From Acidimicrobiaceae bacterium (GTDB lineage: Bacteria > Actinomycetota > Acidimicrobiia > Acidimicrobiales > Aldehydirespiratoraceae): DNA of 64,000 nt. A model generated the notes under the pieces. The model worked only from the letters and a program-made list of their open reading frames with translations, was not told where the DNA came from and made no database searches. The stretch is from the NCBI GenBank assembly GCA_028820455.1, contig JAPPJC010000049.1, positions 39,168 through 103,167 on the forward strand. Reading direction: 5' to 3'. The translations under genes and the position numbers were made by a program. Below are positions 20,911 through 31,200 of this stretch, piece by piece (the first letter of the stretch is position 1; each line of letters starts with the position of its first letter).

Positions 20911-21897
20911 TCACCCCCACCGGAAAGTGCCAGCAGGCTTATCGGCAAAACCGTGCATCATAATATAATCCAAAAACAGCATATAATGATTTATACATTT
21001 ATGTGGAGACAAGCATTCCATCCCCAAATCCGACAGCAATGTCTTATACCCCTTCTTCGATTTAGGACCCCAGTCCCCATCGTATGGAACTTCCTTATCA
21101 GTAAAATCTGTGAACGCCACAATACAATCCTGCAGGAAATAGTGACATGTTGTATAGGTCGTGCCAGTGCTACTGGTTTTAAGTCTTAGTGCCACTGGAC
21201 AGCCATTGTCAACATGAAAATGATTGTGATGTCTATCAATGTTCCGGTTGACAACATAGCCGAACCACTTACGCAATCCCGCCTCCACTGCTACTAACCT
21301 ACGATGTCTCGTAAGACTACGGCCCACTTCACCTGCAGCGTTGCACGGACGTGATGCCACATTACCACTCCACTGCACCCATGCAATGTCAAGTGCCCGA
21401 GCATCACAATGATAGCTAAGGTCCCCAGACGCACACCCACTTGCAGGCCTTTGAGCACCTAGGTGCCCAATGACTTCCATATTTCCATATCCATGGCCAT
21501 AAGTACGAGAAAAATAATCGGTATTGACAACAAACGAATCCAAAGGCTTCTGCATCGAAAGGTCGCATTCGAAGCTGCCTGGTTGATCGAATATCAAATC
21601 CCCGTCGTCATCACGCAATTCATCCATCGTTGCATCTAGATCGCATGTTGTCCAGTGCCATCCACTTGTCCTAGGCTGCCCAGTTAAGCCAGGTTGAACC
21701 GTCCGGAATTGGACTCTGAGGTTGTTATTCCCTGCGTCTGTAATGCGAGTGCCAGGAGGATTATATCTTGTGGGACGGTGCCTGTCATATGAGCATGTCG
21801 GTATGGTATCTATGGGTTGTTGTGGCATGTGATGATTGTTGACTACTATAGACATTAAAGGTGTGCTTTCTAGTGGCATCGGCTGTTTGTTTGACAT
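20911..21897 (-). CDS. Family B paralog B5 (LAS/M15-like peptidase)
   Basis: 328 aa. YHCDARALD (H-x6-D), RHHNHFHVDNGCPVALR, YDGDWGPKSKKGYKTLLSDLG, HYMLFLDYIMMHGFADKPAGTFRWG. Exact start uncertain. Confidence 0.8.
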   Translation of the reverse strand: MSNKQPMPLESTPLMSIVVNNHHMPQQPIDTIPTCSYDRHRPTRYNPPGTRITDAGNNNLRVQFRTVQPGLTGQPRTSGWHWTTCDLDATMDELRDDDGDLIFDQPGSFECDLSMQKPLDSFVVNTDYFSRTYGHGYGNMEVIGHLGAQRPASGCASGDLSYHCDARALDIAWVQWSGNVASRPCNAAGEVGRSLTRHRRLVAVEAGLRKWFGYVVNRNIDRHHNHFHVDNGCPVALRLKTSSTGTTYTTCHYFLQDCIVAFTDFTDKEVPYDGDWGPKSKKGYKTLLSDLGMECLSPHKCINHYMLFLDYIMMHGFADKPAGTFRWG

Positions 21898-21938
21898 CAG
21901 ATGGGTTACATGAACCCGGGGTTATGGTTGTCTGGGGT

Positions 21939-23021
21939 TTATGATTGCGGTGATATAAGGGTTCGTTCTTTCGTGAACGGTAATGTCATCAGATTAAGTT
22001 TCGGAGCGCATGACAGGTAGGGGTAAAATGCTTCTGCATCGGGTAACACCAAAGGTTGCAGCTCAGCTTCTGGTGGTAGTACAAAAGTGGTGGCAGCAGA
22101 GTTGGCACCGCAGGTAACGAACTCCCCGGTTGCCGCTAATGACACCCAGGTCACACCCGAATAGCACGGAAGGTGCGCAGGGTGCACTGTGAGCAAGAAC
22201 AGTTCGCCGTTGTGCTGTGCCTGGGATGTCCAGCGGATACCATCAGATCTTATTGGATCACGCATCGCATAAGACCGCATCTGCGAGCCCGTGTCTATAT
22301 GCACCCAGTCCCCTTCGGTGTGTACGGATATGTTAGATGAACCTGTGCGTGCAACTTCTAACAGTTCTTGTGACGGTGCATCGGTTCGTTGTGCTACACC
22401 ACCCCAAGGAACCCAATACGTACCATTGGCAACACCTTCAACACCACCGATTTCGATACCACGGTCATCGTGCACCACCATAGCGATTTGGCCTAAGCAA
22501 TCAATCCGCAAACCAGACAACTCCAACTGTGGATATTCCTTATCGGCAGGTGGATCCCAACTCCAAAAACGCAATAACCAAACCGACTTTTTGTGGCTGG
22601 GCCACAGTTGCACAAGCCCGTGGAACGGCCACTGTGGTGCGGTGCCATCAACAAATCTTATGAACTCAGGCTTCTTTAGCGCAGGAGCTGTTGTAGTTGA
22701 CGGGACTTGCGGTTGAGAAGTCGTTGTGGGTATAGTCTGTGGTGCGTTTGTAGGCGGTTTCGATGTTGAATCTTCTGGTTGTGGTATAGTCGTACCATCT
22801 AGAGACTCCAATGGTGTCAGAGTTTGACTATCCGCTGATTCTTGTTCGCTATCCGATGTGCTCTCATCCTTATTTCCGGAAGCTGGCAGTTCTGTCGTGA
22901 AGTTACCATCTATCGTGCTAGAGACTTGTGAATCTTTCTGTGGGGTTCTGTTACTGGCGCAAGCGGCGCACACCATCAGCACCGATGCTACTAATACCGC
23001 CAGAGCTTGCCCGTTTATCAC
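21939..23021 (-). CDS. Family A paralog A5 (predicted lipoprotein)
   Basis: 360 aa. MINGQALAVLVASVLMVCAACASN. APQWPFHGLVQLW, RFWSWD, HLPCYSGVTWVSLAATGEFVTCGAN. Confidence 0.85.
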   Translation of the reverse strand: MINGQALAVLVASVLMVCAACASNRTPQKDSQVSSTIDGNFTTELPASGNKDESTSDSEQESADSQTLTPLESLDGTTIPQPEDSTSKPPTNAPQTIPTTTSQPQVPSTTTAPALKKPEFIRFVDGTAPQWPFHGLVQLWPSHKKSVWLLRFWSWDPPADKEYPQLELSGLRIDCLGQIAMVVHDDRGIEIGGVEGVANGTYWVPWGGVAQRTDAPSQELLEVARTGSSNISVHTEGDWVHIDTGSQMRSYAMRDPIRSDGIRWTSQAQHNGELFLLTVHPAHLPCYSGVTWVSLAATGEFVTCGANSAATTFVLPPEAELQPLVLPDAEAFYPYLSCAPKLNLMTLPFTKERTLISPQS

Positions 23022-23096
23022 TCAGTCCCCTCATCAGTTGTGATCTTTGACAGTAATACTACCCACTCGGGGAATTGGTTACTGCTCGTTTGTTCG

Positions 23097-23405
23097 TCAT
23101 GACTGGCATAGCACTCCTGCCGGTGGGTTGAACAACACCTCTACAGAGAAAACCTGATCGTTGGTCAAACGAAAAGCTTGAAGCCTCGTATCAACCAAGG
23201 CAAGTGCGACGATCTCATCGCCGGGATTCGTTTCAACTCCCTGAACCAGAAGTTCTTCACCCTTTCGAATCATCGGCACATCATCATCAGTCCACCCAGC
23301 CGCTGTGGCGCACCCAGAAACGAACGCCACACCGAACTGCTCGCCAACGTCGCCGTCGTCATCATCACCAGGCCGATCCCGACCGCAACCGTTGTACGAC
23401 CCCAC
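23097..23405 (-). CDS. Hypothetical small protein
   Basis: 102-codon ORF between A5 and C11 with no recognised motif. A hydrophobic stretch upstream lies in another frame, so the start and frame are uncertain. Confidence 0.3.
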   Translation of the reverse strand: MGSYNGCGRDRPGDDDDGDVGEQFGVAFVSGCATAAGWTDDDVPMIRKGEELLVQGVETNPGDEIVALALVDTRLQAFRLTNDQVFSVEVLFNPPAGVLCQS

Positions 23406-23483
23406 AACCTGCTCTCAATGCACCTGCTAGGATGGTAACTACAAAGTTGATAACACGTTTAACAGGGTTTAGAGTTATAAGGT

Positions 23484-24824
23484 ATGCATCCTATAGGCTA
23501 CGGCAAGCTCATCGGGTTTGTTGCGATGATGCTTTTGGTGGTCGGTGTGTTCGTCGGTTCTTTCCCATTACTAGCAAGTTCTGACAGCACGCCTTCTGAC
23601 AGTATGGTATTGACAATGCTATTGGCGGCGTCTGAAACCCCACTACCGCAATCGTCAGGAAGTTCTGGGGTTGGTGTTGGTGTCGCACAGCAGATGTTGG
23701 CGGGTTCTGAGGTTGCTTTGCGGACGGGTGTGGGTGCTGCGGTGGAGTTTTCTGATAGTGCTGATGATGATGGTTTGGCACCGGTTTGGCCTTTCCGTGG
23801 GATTGTGGATTTCGGGAAGGACGAGGATGGGGAGTTTGTGTTGCGGTTTTGGGACACTGAGTCTGGTGTGGTGCATGATGTGCCGCTGGGAGCTATGTCG
23901 GAGGGCGAACCGTGCTGGTTTTCTGTTAATCTTGGTTCTCTTGATCATTATTCTGATATTTATGCTACTGAGGAGTTCGTGTTAGCCAGATTCGCTGACG
24001 ATATTTCTTTTTGGCGTAGCCGGGATAGGTGGCATGTTGTTGTTCCGTGGGGTGATGAGGCGTATCCTGTTGTGTGGCCTGAGATTCTTGTGGAGTCTGG
24101 GTTGGACGGGTTGTCGTTGGGTGAGGGTTTTGAAGCGGCTGGCTTTAATGGGTTTTCGCCCGCGTCTGGGTTAGACCCGTTGCCGTTGGGTGAGGGTTTT
24201 GAAGTGTCTTTTGCGTATAATGACTATCCTGATCATAAGGGTGTGTTACATCTTGTTGCTCCGCGTGATGAGGCTTATTACGACTGGGAGTTGGATGGCC
24301 TGGATTACGATTACATGGATGAGTATCCTCAGGAGGTCGCTGATGAGGTGATTAGTTCTGAGTGTGACCGGATTTCTTATGAGTTTGCTATTGGTGTTGG
24401 GTTGATGTTGGGTGAGCCTCCATCTGATCCTGTTGATTTTTTTGAGTTTTCGTCTGTGGATCATCCCCGCTTTTATGATTACAATGAGTGGGTGAGGGGT
24501 GCTCTTCAGGCTCGATTTGATGGCACTGATGGCTATCATTATGGTTTCACTATTATTATTCCAGCATTGGAGGGCGGCGGTATTTCAGACTTGTGGAGTT
24601 TTGTTGTTGCGGGTGATACTGGTGAGGTTGTCGCCTGTCGTAGAGTGTCTGAGACTGCGGTTGGGCCTTTGCTGGTGAAACCTGAGGGTTGGCCTGATCT
24701 TGTTGACCGTTTTGTGCTGCCGGAGGCTTTTTCTGGTTCTGTGTTTTCTGGTTCTGTGTTTTCTGGTTCGGATTGTACTGTCACCGGCGAGTTGCTCAAC
24801 CTGCCATTTGGTGGAGGGTCATGA
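23484..24824 (+). CDS. Family C paralog C11 (long subtype)
   Basis: 446 aa. TM segment IGFVAMMLLVVGVFVGSF. APVWPFRGIV, VPWGDEAYP, GTDGYHYG, AGDTGEVVAC. SGSVF x3 near the C-terminus. Confidence 0.8.
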   Translation: MHPIGYGKLIGFVAMMLLVVGVFVGSFPLLASSDSTPSDSMVLTMLLAASETPLPQSSGSSGVGVGVAQQMLAGSEVALRTGVGAAVEFSDSADDDGLAPVWPFRGIVDFGKDEDGEFVLRFWDTESGVVHDVPLGAMSEGEPCWFSVNLGSLDHYSDIYATEEFVLARFADDISFWRSRDRWHVVVPWGDEAYPVVWPEILVESGLDGLSLGEGFEAAGFNGFSPASGLDPLPLGEGFEVSFAYNDYPDHKGVLHLVAPRDEAYYDWELDGLDYDYMDEYPQEVADEVISSECDRISYEFAIGVGLMLGEPPSDPVDFFEFSSVDHPRFYDYNEWVRGALQARFDGTDGYHYGFTIIIPALEGGGISDLWSFVVAGDTGEVVACRRVSETAVGPLLVKPEGWPDLVDRFVLPEAFSGSVFSGSVFSGSDCTVTGELLNLPFGGGS

Positions 24825-25033
24825 TGGGTGTGGTTCTGCTATGTGGTGACCTTTTCAGGCTCTGCTCGATGTTGGTATTGGTGTATCGGAAAACGTGTGA
24901 GGTGTGTGCTCAGTGTTAATGCTGGCTAGCATATTTGGGGTCTGGATGATAGCGTGAACGGCGTGGGATTGGATATTGATTATCACGCTTACTTGTTTAT
25001 TTATGAGAGTGGTTAGGATTTGGAGGTAGTGTT

Positions 25034-26023
25034 GTGACTGGTTGTTTGGATTCTCCTAGCTATGCAGATAGGTATCAGTCGGTTGGAGGTGTTTACCGTT
25101 ATAGGGGCCGAGTGAACGGTGATGCTTTGGAGCAGATTTTCACTTTGGGGAATGAAAATTTGACTGTAGATGTTCGGAGGGTGGTCAATTGGCCGGGAAT
25201 GGGTGAGCCTAGGCTTTGTAAGCTTGATCAGCAGGATGTAACACTTGCTGAATGGGAAGGGAGAGAAGTGTCTGTGTTTGGTGATCCGTATGATGAGAGT
25301 AGCGGTTCCGGGTGTGATGTTCATCGTGATTTGGTGGCACCGTTGAATAGTGCTGCTGTGAATATTGATTATTTTTCTCGGGTTTTTGGTGATTATGGGA
25401 GGCTTAAAGTGATCGGGCAGGGTGGCACTATAAGAACTGAAGAGAGATCCACTCCTAGTTTCCACTATCATGCTAAGGCTATGGATATTTGGTGGGTGGG
25501 TTGGGAGGATCAGCAACAGGATGGGACTGTGGTGCATACTGCTTCGCGTCCGTGTAAAGGTGGGGGTGAGGTGTCTTCGGGTTTGACGGCTCATCGTCGG
25601 CTTGTCGCGGTGGAGGCGGGTTTGCGCAAGTGGTTTGGCACTGTTTTGAACCGGAACATCGACGGTCATGATAATCATTTTCATGTGGATATCGGGTGTC
25701 CTGTGGCTTTGAGGGTTAAAACCGCAAGCTCACGTGGCAAGGATTCGGCTCATTTTTTCTTGCAGGATTGTATTGTGGCGTTCACAGATTTTACTGATGA
25801 GGAAGTTCCATACGATGGTGATTGGGGTCCGAAATCGAAGAAGGGTTATGAGGCTTTGTTGTCGGATTTGGGGATGGAGTGCTTAGACCCGATTATGTAT
25901 GTGAGTCATTATATGCTGTTTTTGGATTATATCATGATGCATGGTTTTGCTGATAAACCGGCTGGTACGTACCGTTGGGGCGATAGAGTACTGGTTTTGG
26001 ATGACGGGTCCAGCAGTGCTTAG
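25034..26023 (+). CDS. Family B paralog B6 (LAS/M15-like peptidase)
   Basis: 329 aa. Starts MTGCLDSPSYADRY. FHYHAKAMD (H-x6-D), DNHFHVDIGCPVALR, YDGDWGPKSKKGYEALLSDLG, HYMLFLDYIMMHGFADKPAGTYRWGD. Confidence 0.85.
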   Translation: MTGCLDSPSYADRYQSVGGVYRYRGRVNGDALEQIFTLGNENLTVDVRRVVNWPGMGEPRLCKLDQQDVTLAEWEGREVSVFGDPYDESSGSGCDVHRDLVAPLNSAAVNIDYFSRVFGDYGRLKVIGQGGTIRTEERSTPSFHYHAKAMDIWWVGWEDQQQDGTVVHTASRPCKGGGEVSSGLTAHRRLVAVEAGLRKWFGTVLNRNIDGHDNHFHVDIGCPVALRVKTASSRGKDSAHFFLQDCIVAFTDFTDEEVPYDGDWGPKSKKGYEALLSDLGMECLDPIMYVSHYMLFLDYIMMHGFADKPAGTYRWGDRVLVLDDGSSSA

Positions 26024-26130
26024 TGTTAGTGTGTGTGAGAGCCGCTGGTGTGTGTTTTAGTGGTGTTTAGTGTTAGTGTGGGATCTGGTGGGTGGGGGTT
26101 GTTGGGGTAATGGGGTTTGGTGGTTTTGTG

Positions 26131-27150
26131 ATGCGTTTGGTGGGACTGTGTTTGGTGGGGGTGTTGTCAGTGGGGTGTGGTTCTGGTGAGTCGGATGGGG
26201 TTGGGGTGGATGAGCTGGTTGATGAGCCTGTTACGACTACGACGGTTGTGGGGGATTCGGGGGAGGATGTGACGACGACGTTGGTGCCTGATCCGACACC
26301 TGAGGTGACGGAGCCTGATCCGGTGCCTGTTACGACTACGACGGTTTTGGGGCCAGCTTCGGTTGTGTGGTCGTTGTTGCATAGGCCTGAGTTTGTCGTG
26401 GGTGTGGCACCTGAGTGGCCGTTTCGGGGTTTGGTGCAGTTGTGGCGTGGTGTTCATGAGTATCAGGATGTGTCTAGGGGTATGTGGGTGCTGCGTTTTT
26501 GGAGTTGGGATCCTACTGTAGAGACACATTCGGAGGTGTTGTTGCCGGATTTTGGGGTTGATTGTTTGGGTGGGTTGGTGTTGGTGTCGCATGGTGAGGT
26601 TGGTATCGAGGTTGGGGGTGCTGTTGGAGCTGTTGATGATGCTTTTTGGGTTGATTGGGGTGGTAGCCCGCGAAGAGTGGAGCCTTCTGAGGTGTTGTTG
26701 GAGGCTGCGGGATCGCGTCCATCCAATGTTCCTGTTGAAACCGAGGGTGATCTGGTGCGTGTTGGTGAAGGATTACAAGCGCGTTCTTATGCGATGCGTG
26801 ATCCGTTACGCTCGAATGGTCAGCGTTGGGATGTGCAGGCTCGTCATGATGGTGACTTATTCGTGTTGAGTGTGCATCCTGCACACCTAGAGTGTTTGTC
26901 GGGTGTAACCTGGTTGTCGTTGGCTGATACTGGTGAACTCGTAGCCTGCGGTGCTAACACTGCTGCCACCGTGTTCGTCACACCCGAACCACCCGACGAT
27001 AGAGGCAGTGGTGGTGACCATAGCGGTAATGACGACAATGGTGGTGGTCTTGTGATGCCCGACTCCGAAGTCATTGGTGTTTACTTGTCTTGTCCTGTTC
27101 CTTTAGACCTGGAATCGGTCTCCCTTCCCGAACTCAAACGGACAAACTGA
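26131..27150 (+). CDS. Family A paralog A6 (predicted lipoprotein)
   Basis: ORF 26092..27150. ATG 26131 gives MRLVGLCLVGVLSVGCGSG (good lipobox). APEWPFRGLVQLW, RFWSWD, HLECLSGVTW, ACGAN. Carries an extra Gly/Asp-rich insert near the C-terminus. Confidence 0.8.
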   Translation: MRLVGLCLVGVLSVGCGSGESDGVGVDELVDEPVTTTTVVGDSGEDVTTTLVPDPTPEVTEPDPVPVTTTTVLGPASVVWSLLHRPEFVVGVAPEWPFRGLVQLWRGVHEYQDVSRGMWVLRFWSWDPTVETHSEVLLPDFGVDCLGGLVLVSHGEVGIEVGGAVGAVDDAFWVDWGGSPRRVEPSEVLLEAAGSRPSNVPVETEGDLVRVGEGLQARSYAMRDPLRSNGQRWDVQARHDGDLFVLSVHPAHLECLSGVTWLSLADTGELVACGANTAATVFVTPEPPDDRGSGGDHSGNDDNGGGLVMPDSEVIGVYLSCPVPLDLESVSLPELKRTN

Positions 27151-27317
27151 CAAGCTGCTTCATTGATCGCGAAGGACCACAAAGCGTCCATAATGAGCGA
27201 AGTGCTTGAGAAGGCTTCTGAGGTATAGCCTGCAGCAATATCGCCTAAGTATCGCCGTGTCGGTTGAGTCGCTCATTGTGTCCTGTTTTGATCTGTGTTG
27301 GGATTATCGAGTCGGTG

Positions 27318-28214
27318 TCAAACCTCTGAAACGGCACCCAACCAAATGGTTTGACCGATGACTGCAAGGGAGGCCTTATGGGTCTCATAGTCGGGCATCA
27401 GACGAGCGACGATCCTCCAGAAGCCGGGAGTGTGGTTGGCTTCACACAGATGGGCTAGCTCGTGGACCAGGACATAATCGATGAGACCGGGCGGAAGCTG
27501 GAGGGTGGCCCAGTGTATGTTGATACGCTGACCGTTGCTGGCGGGACGGACTGAGCCCCAACGGTAGCCGAGATCCCGGACTTTGACCTCCACCGTTTCT
27601 TCACCTAACCGGGCAGCCCAGGGTCGGATGCGACGCTGGAGCCACCGACCGCCTACTTCGGTGTACCAGCGACGCATCAGGGCAGGGCCTTCATGGACTC
27701 GGGCGACAGGCAGGTGGAAACGCCCTGCTTGTAGACGAACGCCAACCGTGCCGTTAGTGTCTGCGTCGCTGCCGCTGTTACCAGAGACGTTGACACCGAT
27801 GCTGCCTGCACCGCTGCTGTTGCCAGAGACGTTGGTGCTGGTACTGTTCGCGTCGGTGTTGTCGGTACCTGATGTGAGGGTCAGGCGGTAGTTGCGTCCT
27901 AGGTAGACGAAACCTTCGCCTTCTACGAACTGTTTGACAACCGGTGGACCGGTGAGGGCGTCTTTGTCGATGAGTTTTCGGTGGATCCACCCGCTTTTGT
28001 CTTTCACGAACCGCTGGGCCCGTTCGACTGTCACGGTTGGTGGGGCTTTCAAAGTCAGCGAAGCGTCGCGTTCCACTACTATCTCGATGGTTTTGCGGCC
28101 GCTGGAGAGTGAGACCTCCAACATCAAGTCACCCACGACCAGAGATTGCAGATCCCGAAGTAGATCGGAAGGGGAAGCCACAACGGCGTTCATCGCAACT
28201 GGCTGACCGTGCAA
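27318..28214 (-). CDS. DUF45/YgjP-like (M48-type) zinc metallopeptidase
   Basis: HELAHLCEANHTPGFW (HExxH) near the C-terminus. Sits directly downstream of hsdR, a common genomic association. Carries an Asn/Ser/Gly/Thr low-complexity insert. Confidence 0.8.
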   Translation of the reverse strand: MHGQPVAMNAVVASPSDLLRDLQSLVVGDLMLEVSLSSGRKTIEIVVERDASLTLKAPPTVTVERAQRFVKDKSGWIHRKLIDKDALTGPPVVKQFVEGEGFVYLGRNYRLTLTSGTDNTDANSTSTNVSGNSSGAGSIGVNVSGNSGSDADTNGTVGVRLQAGRFHLPVARVHEGPALMRRWYTEVGGRWLQRRIRPWAARLGEETVEVKVRDLGYRWGSVRPASNGQRINIHWATLQLPPGLIDYVLVHELAHLCEANHTPGFWRIVARLMPDYETHKASLAVIGQTIWLGAVSEV

Positions 28215-28239
28215 TCCGACGTGGGAGCCACAGCAACAG

Positions 28240-31200
28240 TCATCGCAGGCGATACCGGTTGGCTTTGGTTAATTCCAGCAGTTCTACGGCTAGCTGGTCG
28301 AGGCTGTTGTAGTTGAACAGGTCGCTGGCGTCGAGGGTTCGTTTGATGTGTTTGCGGAGGCCGTCTTGTTTGGTGGGGTTGTCCCAGAAGCCGACCACGC
28401 GAACAGTGCGGTGGATCTCGGTGGTGAGGCCTCCGGTGAGGTTGATCAGCCTGCCAGCTGTGTCGGGAGCGGAACTGGCGACCCTTTCGGCCATGACGTT
28501 GTGGAAGGGCAGCTCGGTGGTCGGGTCGAGTCCAGTGTGGTTCTCGTCGGAGTGCCCGGCGTTGACTTCTTCGACCAGTTCGTGGAACTCGAGAGCGATC
28601 TGTTCCCAGCGGTCTTTGAGCCGTTCCAGGATCTCGTCGACACGTTTGGAGAGCTTCCGGAAGTAGACCGGGTCCTCGTCTAGGTGCTCACGAATGTGGA
28701 AGCGTATGGCGTGTTCCATTTCCGACGCTTTGGCACGGGCCGAGCTGATCTCGTTGACGTGGACGGCGAACTCGGGGGCGGTGATGCGTACCGGTTCGAT
28801 CTTGTGGCTGAGGTCGAGGGCTGTGATATGGCTGTCGAGTAGCCGGCGGACTTTCTCCTTGTACTTGTGGGGGTCGAAGTCACCGTCGGGAGTGTCCCTG
28901 TAGCGACGACGAACCCTAATTTGTATCTCACCGAAGAGACCGACGTCATCGACGAAAGGCAATGTCTGCGGTCTGGGTAGCACAGTATCGAACGTACCCA
29001 GGAAAACCCGCAGTGCCTCGTCGAACTCCGCTCGGAGTCTCTCGTCGGCCAGCAACTGGACGCAGGCTTCGATATTGTCATCGGCGGCGGCGGGTTCCAC
29101 ACCGTGCTGCACGAAGAGCTGGCGGATTCTCTCCCGCTGCGGGTCGAGTTTGTCGATCTCCGAGGTCAGCGGACGTAACGCTACGTCGACGTCAGGGTCG
29201 AGCCAGCCGTCGTCGCGACTGTAAGCTGCCAGGGCCTGAGTGAGTTGGGCGGACACTCCGTAGTAGTCGACGACCAGCCCGTGTCTCTTGCGGGGCGCGG
29301 TACGGTTGACTCGTGCGACGGCCTGCAGCAGCTCAGCTTCCTGGATCAGCCGGTCGAGGTAGATCGCCTGAGCCCCGGGGGCGTCGAACCCGGTGAGCAG
29401 CATAGATTTCACGATCAGCAACGCGAGCGGACTGTACTTGTCGTCATCAGCGGGCCCTAGCGGCAGCTTGAAGCGAGCGATGCTATCCTGTTGGGACTGT
29501 TTGGCAGTCCACTGCGCGTAGCGTGGAGGGTCATTATGGTCACCGGAGATGACGGGAGCGAAGTCCAGGGCACGGATCATGTCGATCCGATCAGCAGCGG
29601 CACGCAGAAACGACTCGTCGTGATCGGACGACCCAGCAGGTACTCCACCTGAGGAACGACCCGACAACCCATCGGACAGCCCGCCTGATTCTAAAAACTG
29701 TTCCACCTCGGCGACTAGTTCGTCGCGGGCTTCGTTCAAGGCCTCGTGGTATCGTAGACACGCTTCGCGGCTTGTCGCAACGACCATGGCTTTGAAGCCG
29801 TCGGGCATCACCGTGGAGACGTAGTGGCGTAGCATGTTTTTGGCTTTGGCTGTGATCAGCTCGGGGGCTTCGAGCACCTGAGCGGCGGTGGCGTAACGCC
29901 TCTGGAGTGTGCTGCGCTGGTCGTCGCTGAGTCCGTCGAACCACCGCAGGAACAGGTCGTCCATTCTGGAGGCACCCCTCACGGCTGCGTCGGTGGTGCG
30001 GCCCTCGTAGAAGATGGGCACCGTGGAACCGTCGGCTTCGGACTGACGTAGGGTGTAGCGGTCGAGGTAGTTGCCGAAGATTTCCATGGTTTTCTTGCGT
30101 GCGCCCATGATGATCGGCGTGCCGGTGAACCCGATCCGAGCCGCGTTCGGTAAAGCGTTCATCAGGTTGGCGTGCAACAGCGAAGCCTGAGAACGGTGGG
30201 CCTCGTCGATCAGCACCAGGATCTCACCCGCCTCGTTCAACGTCTCGAACCGTTCGGCATCGCTCAGGCCGCTGCTGCTGGGGCTGGGGTTGCCGGTGTC
30301 GCGGTATTTCTGGATCATCGCCATCACCACGCCCGGCCCGGGCCGACTCAGCAGGTCACGTACTTCGGTTGCGTTGCGGGCAACTCTGACAGTCTCACCG
30401 GTGAGCGCAGCGGTGTCCCCCAACTGCTTTTCGAGGTCGGTGCGGTCGGTTACCAACACTATCTTGAACCGACGCAGATCGGGATGGCTGCGCATGGCCC
30501 GGATCAGAAACACCATGGTGAGGCTCTTGCCCGACCCCTGCGTGTGCCAGATTATCCCACCCCGACGGTCGATGTGGCCGTCAGCCACCCTAGTGTCGCC
30601 CTCAATCAGTCGTTTCGATGCCTTGTGCACACCCCGATACTGCTGGTAGCGGCCCACGATCTTGACAGAGCGGCCTGTGACTGATCCCACGAACAGCGTG
30701 AAATGCCGGACGATGTCGAGCAGCCGCTCCGGCGTCAGCATCCCCACAACCAGAAGCTCCTGCTGGGTGACTGCCTCAACAGGCTTACCCCGCGAAGCCG
30801 CGACCTCGGCGACGGTGGCAGGATACGAATCTTTCCAGGCCATGTAATGCTCCGGCAGAGCCGAAAACGTCGCTGCCTCGGCTCGCTCTCCGGTGGTGGC
30901 CACAGTAAACTGGTTCGTCCAGAACAGCTGCTCCGCCCCCTCGACGATCTCACTGTCACGCTGGTTGGCGTAACGACGGAGCTGATCCACGGCGTCGACT
31001 ATGGCACTATCAGGTCCAGGCGATTTGGCTTCTATCACTACCATCGGGATCCCGTTGACGAACAGCGTCACATCAGGCCGAATGTCGGGTGCCTGCCCCG
31101 GTGTCGCCACCGTGAACTGCGACACCGCAAGAAAGTCGTTGGCCTCCCAGTTGTCCCAGTCGACATAGTCAACCGTCTGATCCCGCCCGCCATCCCACCC

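Noticed and set aside
25013-25684. 223-aa minus-strand ORF
   Set aside because: It is antisense to family B gene B6. The plus-strand frame carries the conserved H-x6-D and HxH motifs.
1-27150. Prophage origin for the endolysin-like family B genes
   Set aside because: No capsid, terminase, portal, tail, holin or integrase genes are present. Instead B is always embedded among A and C paralogs.
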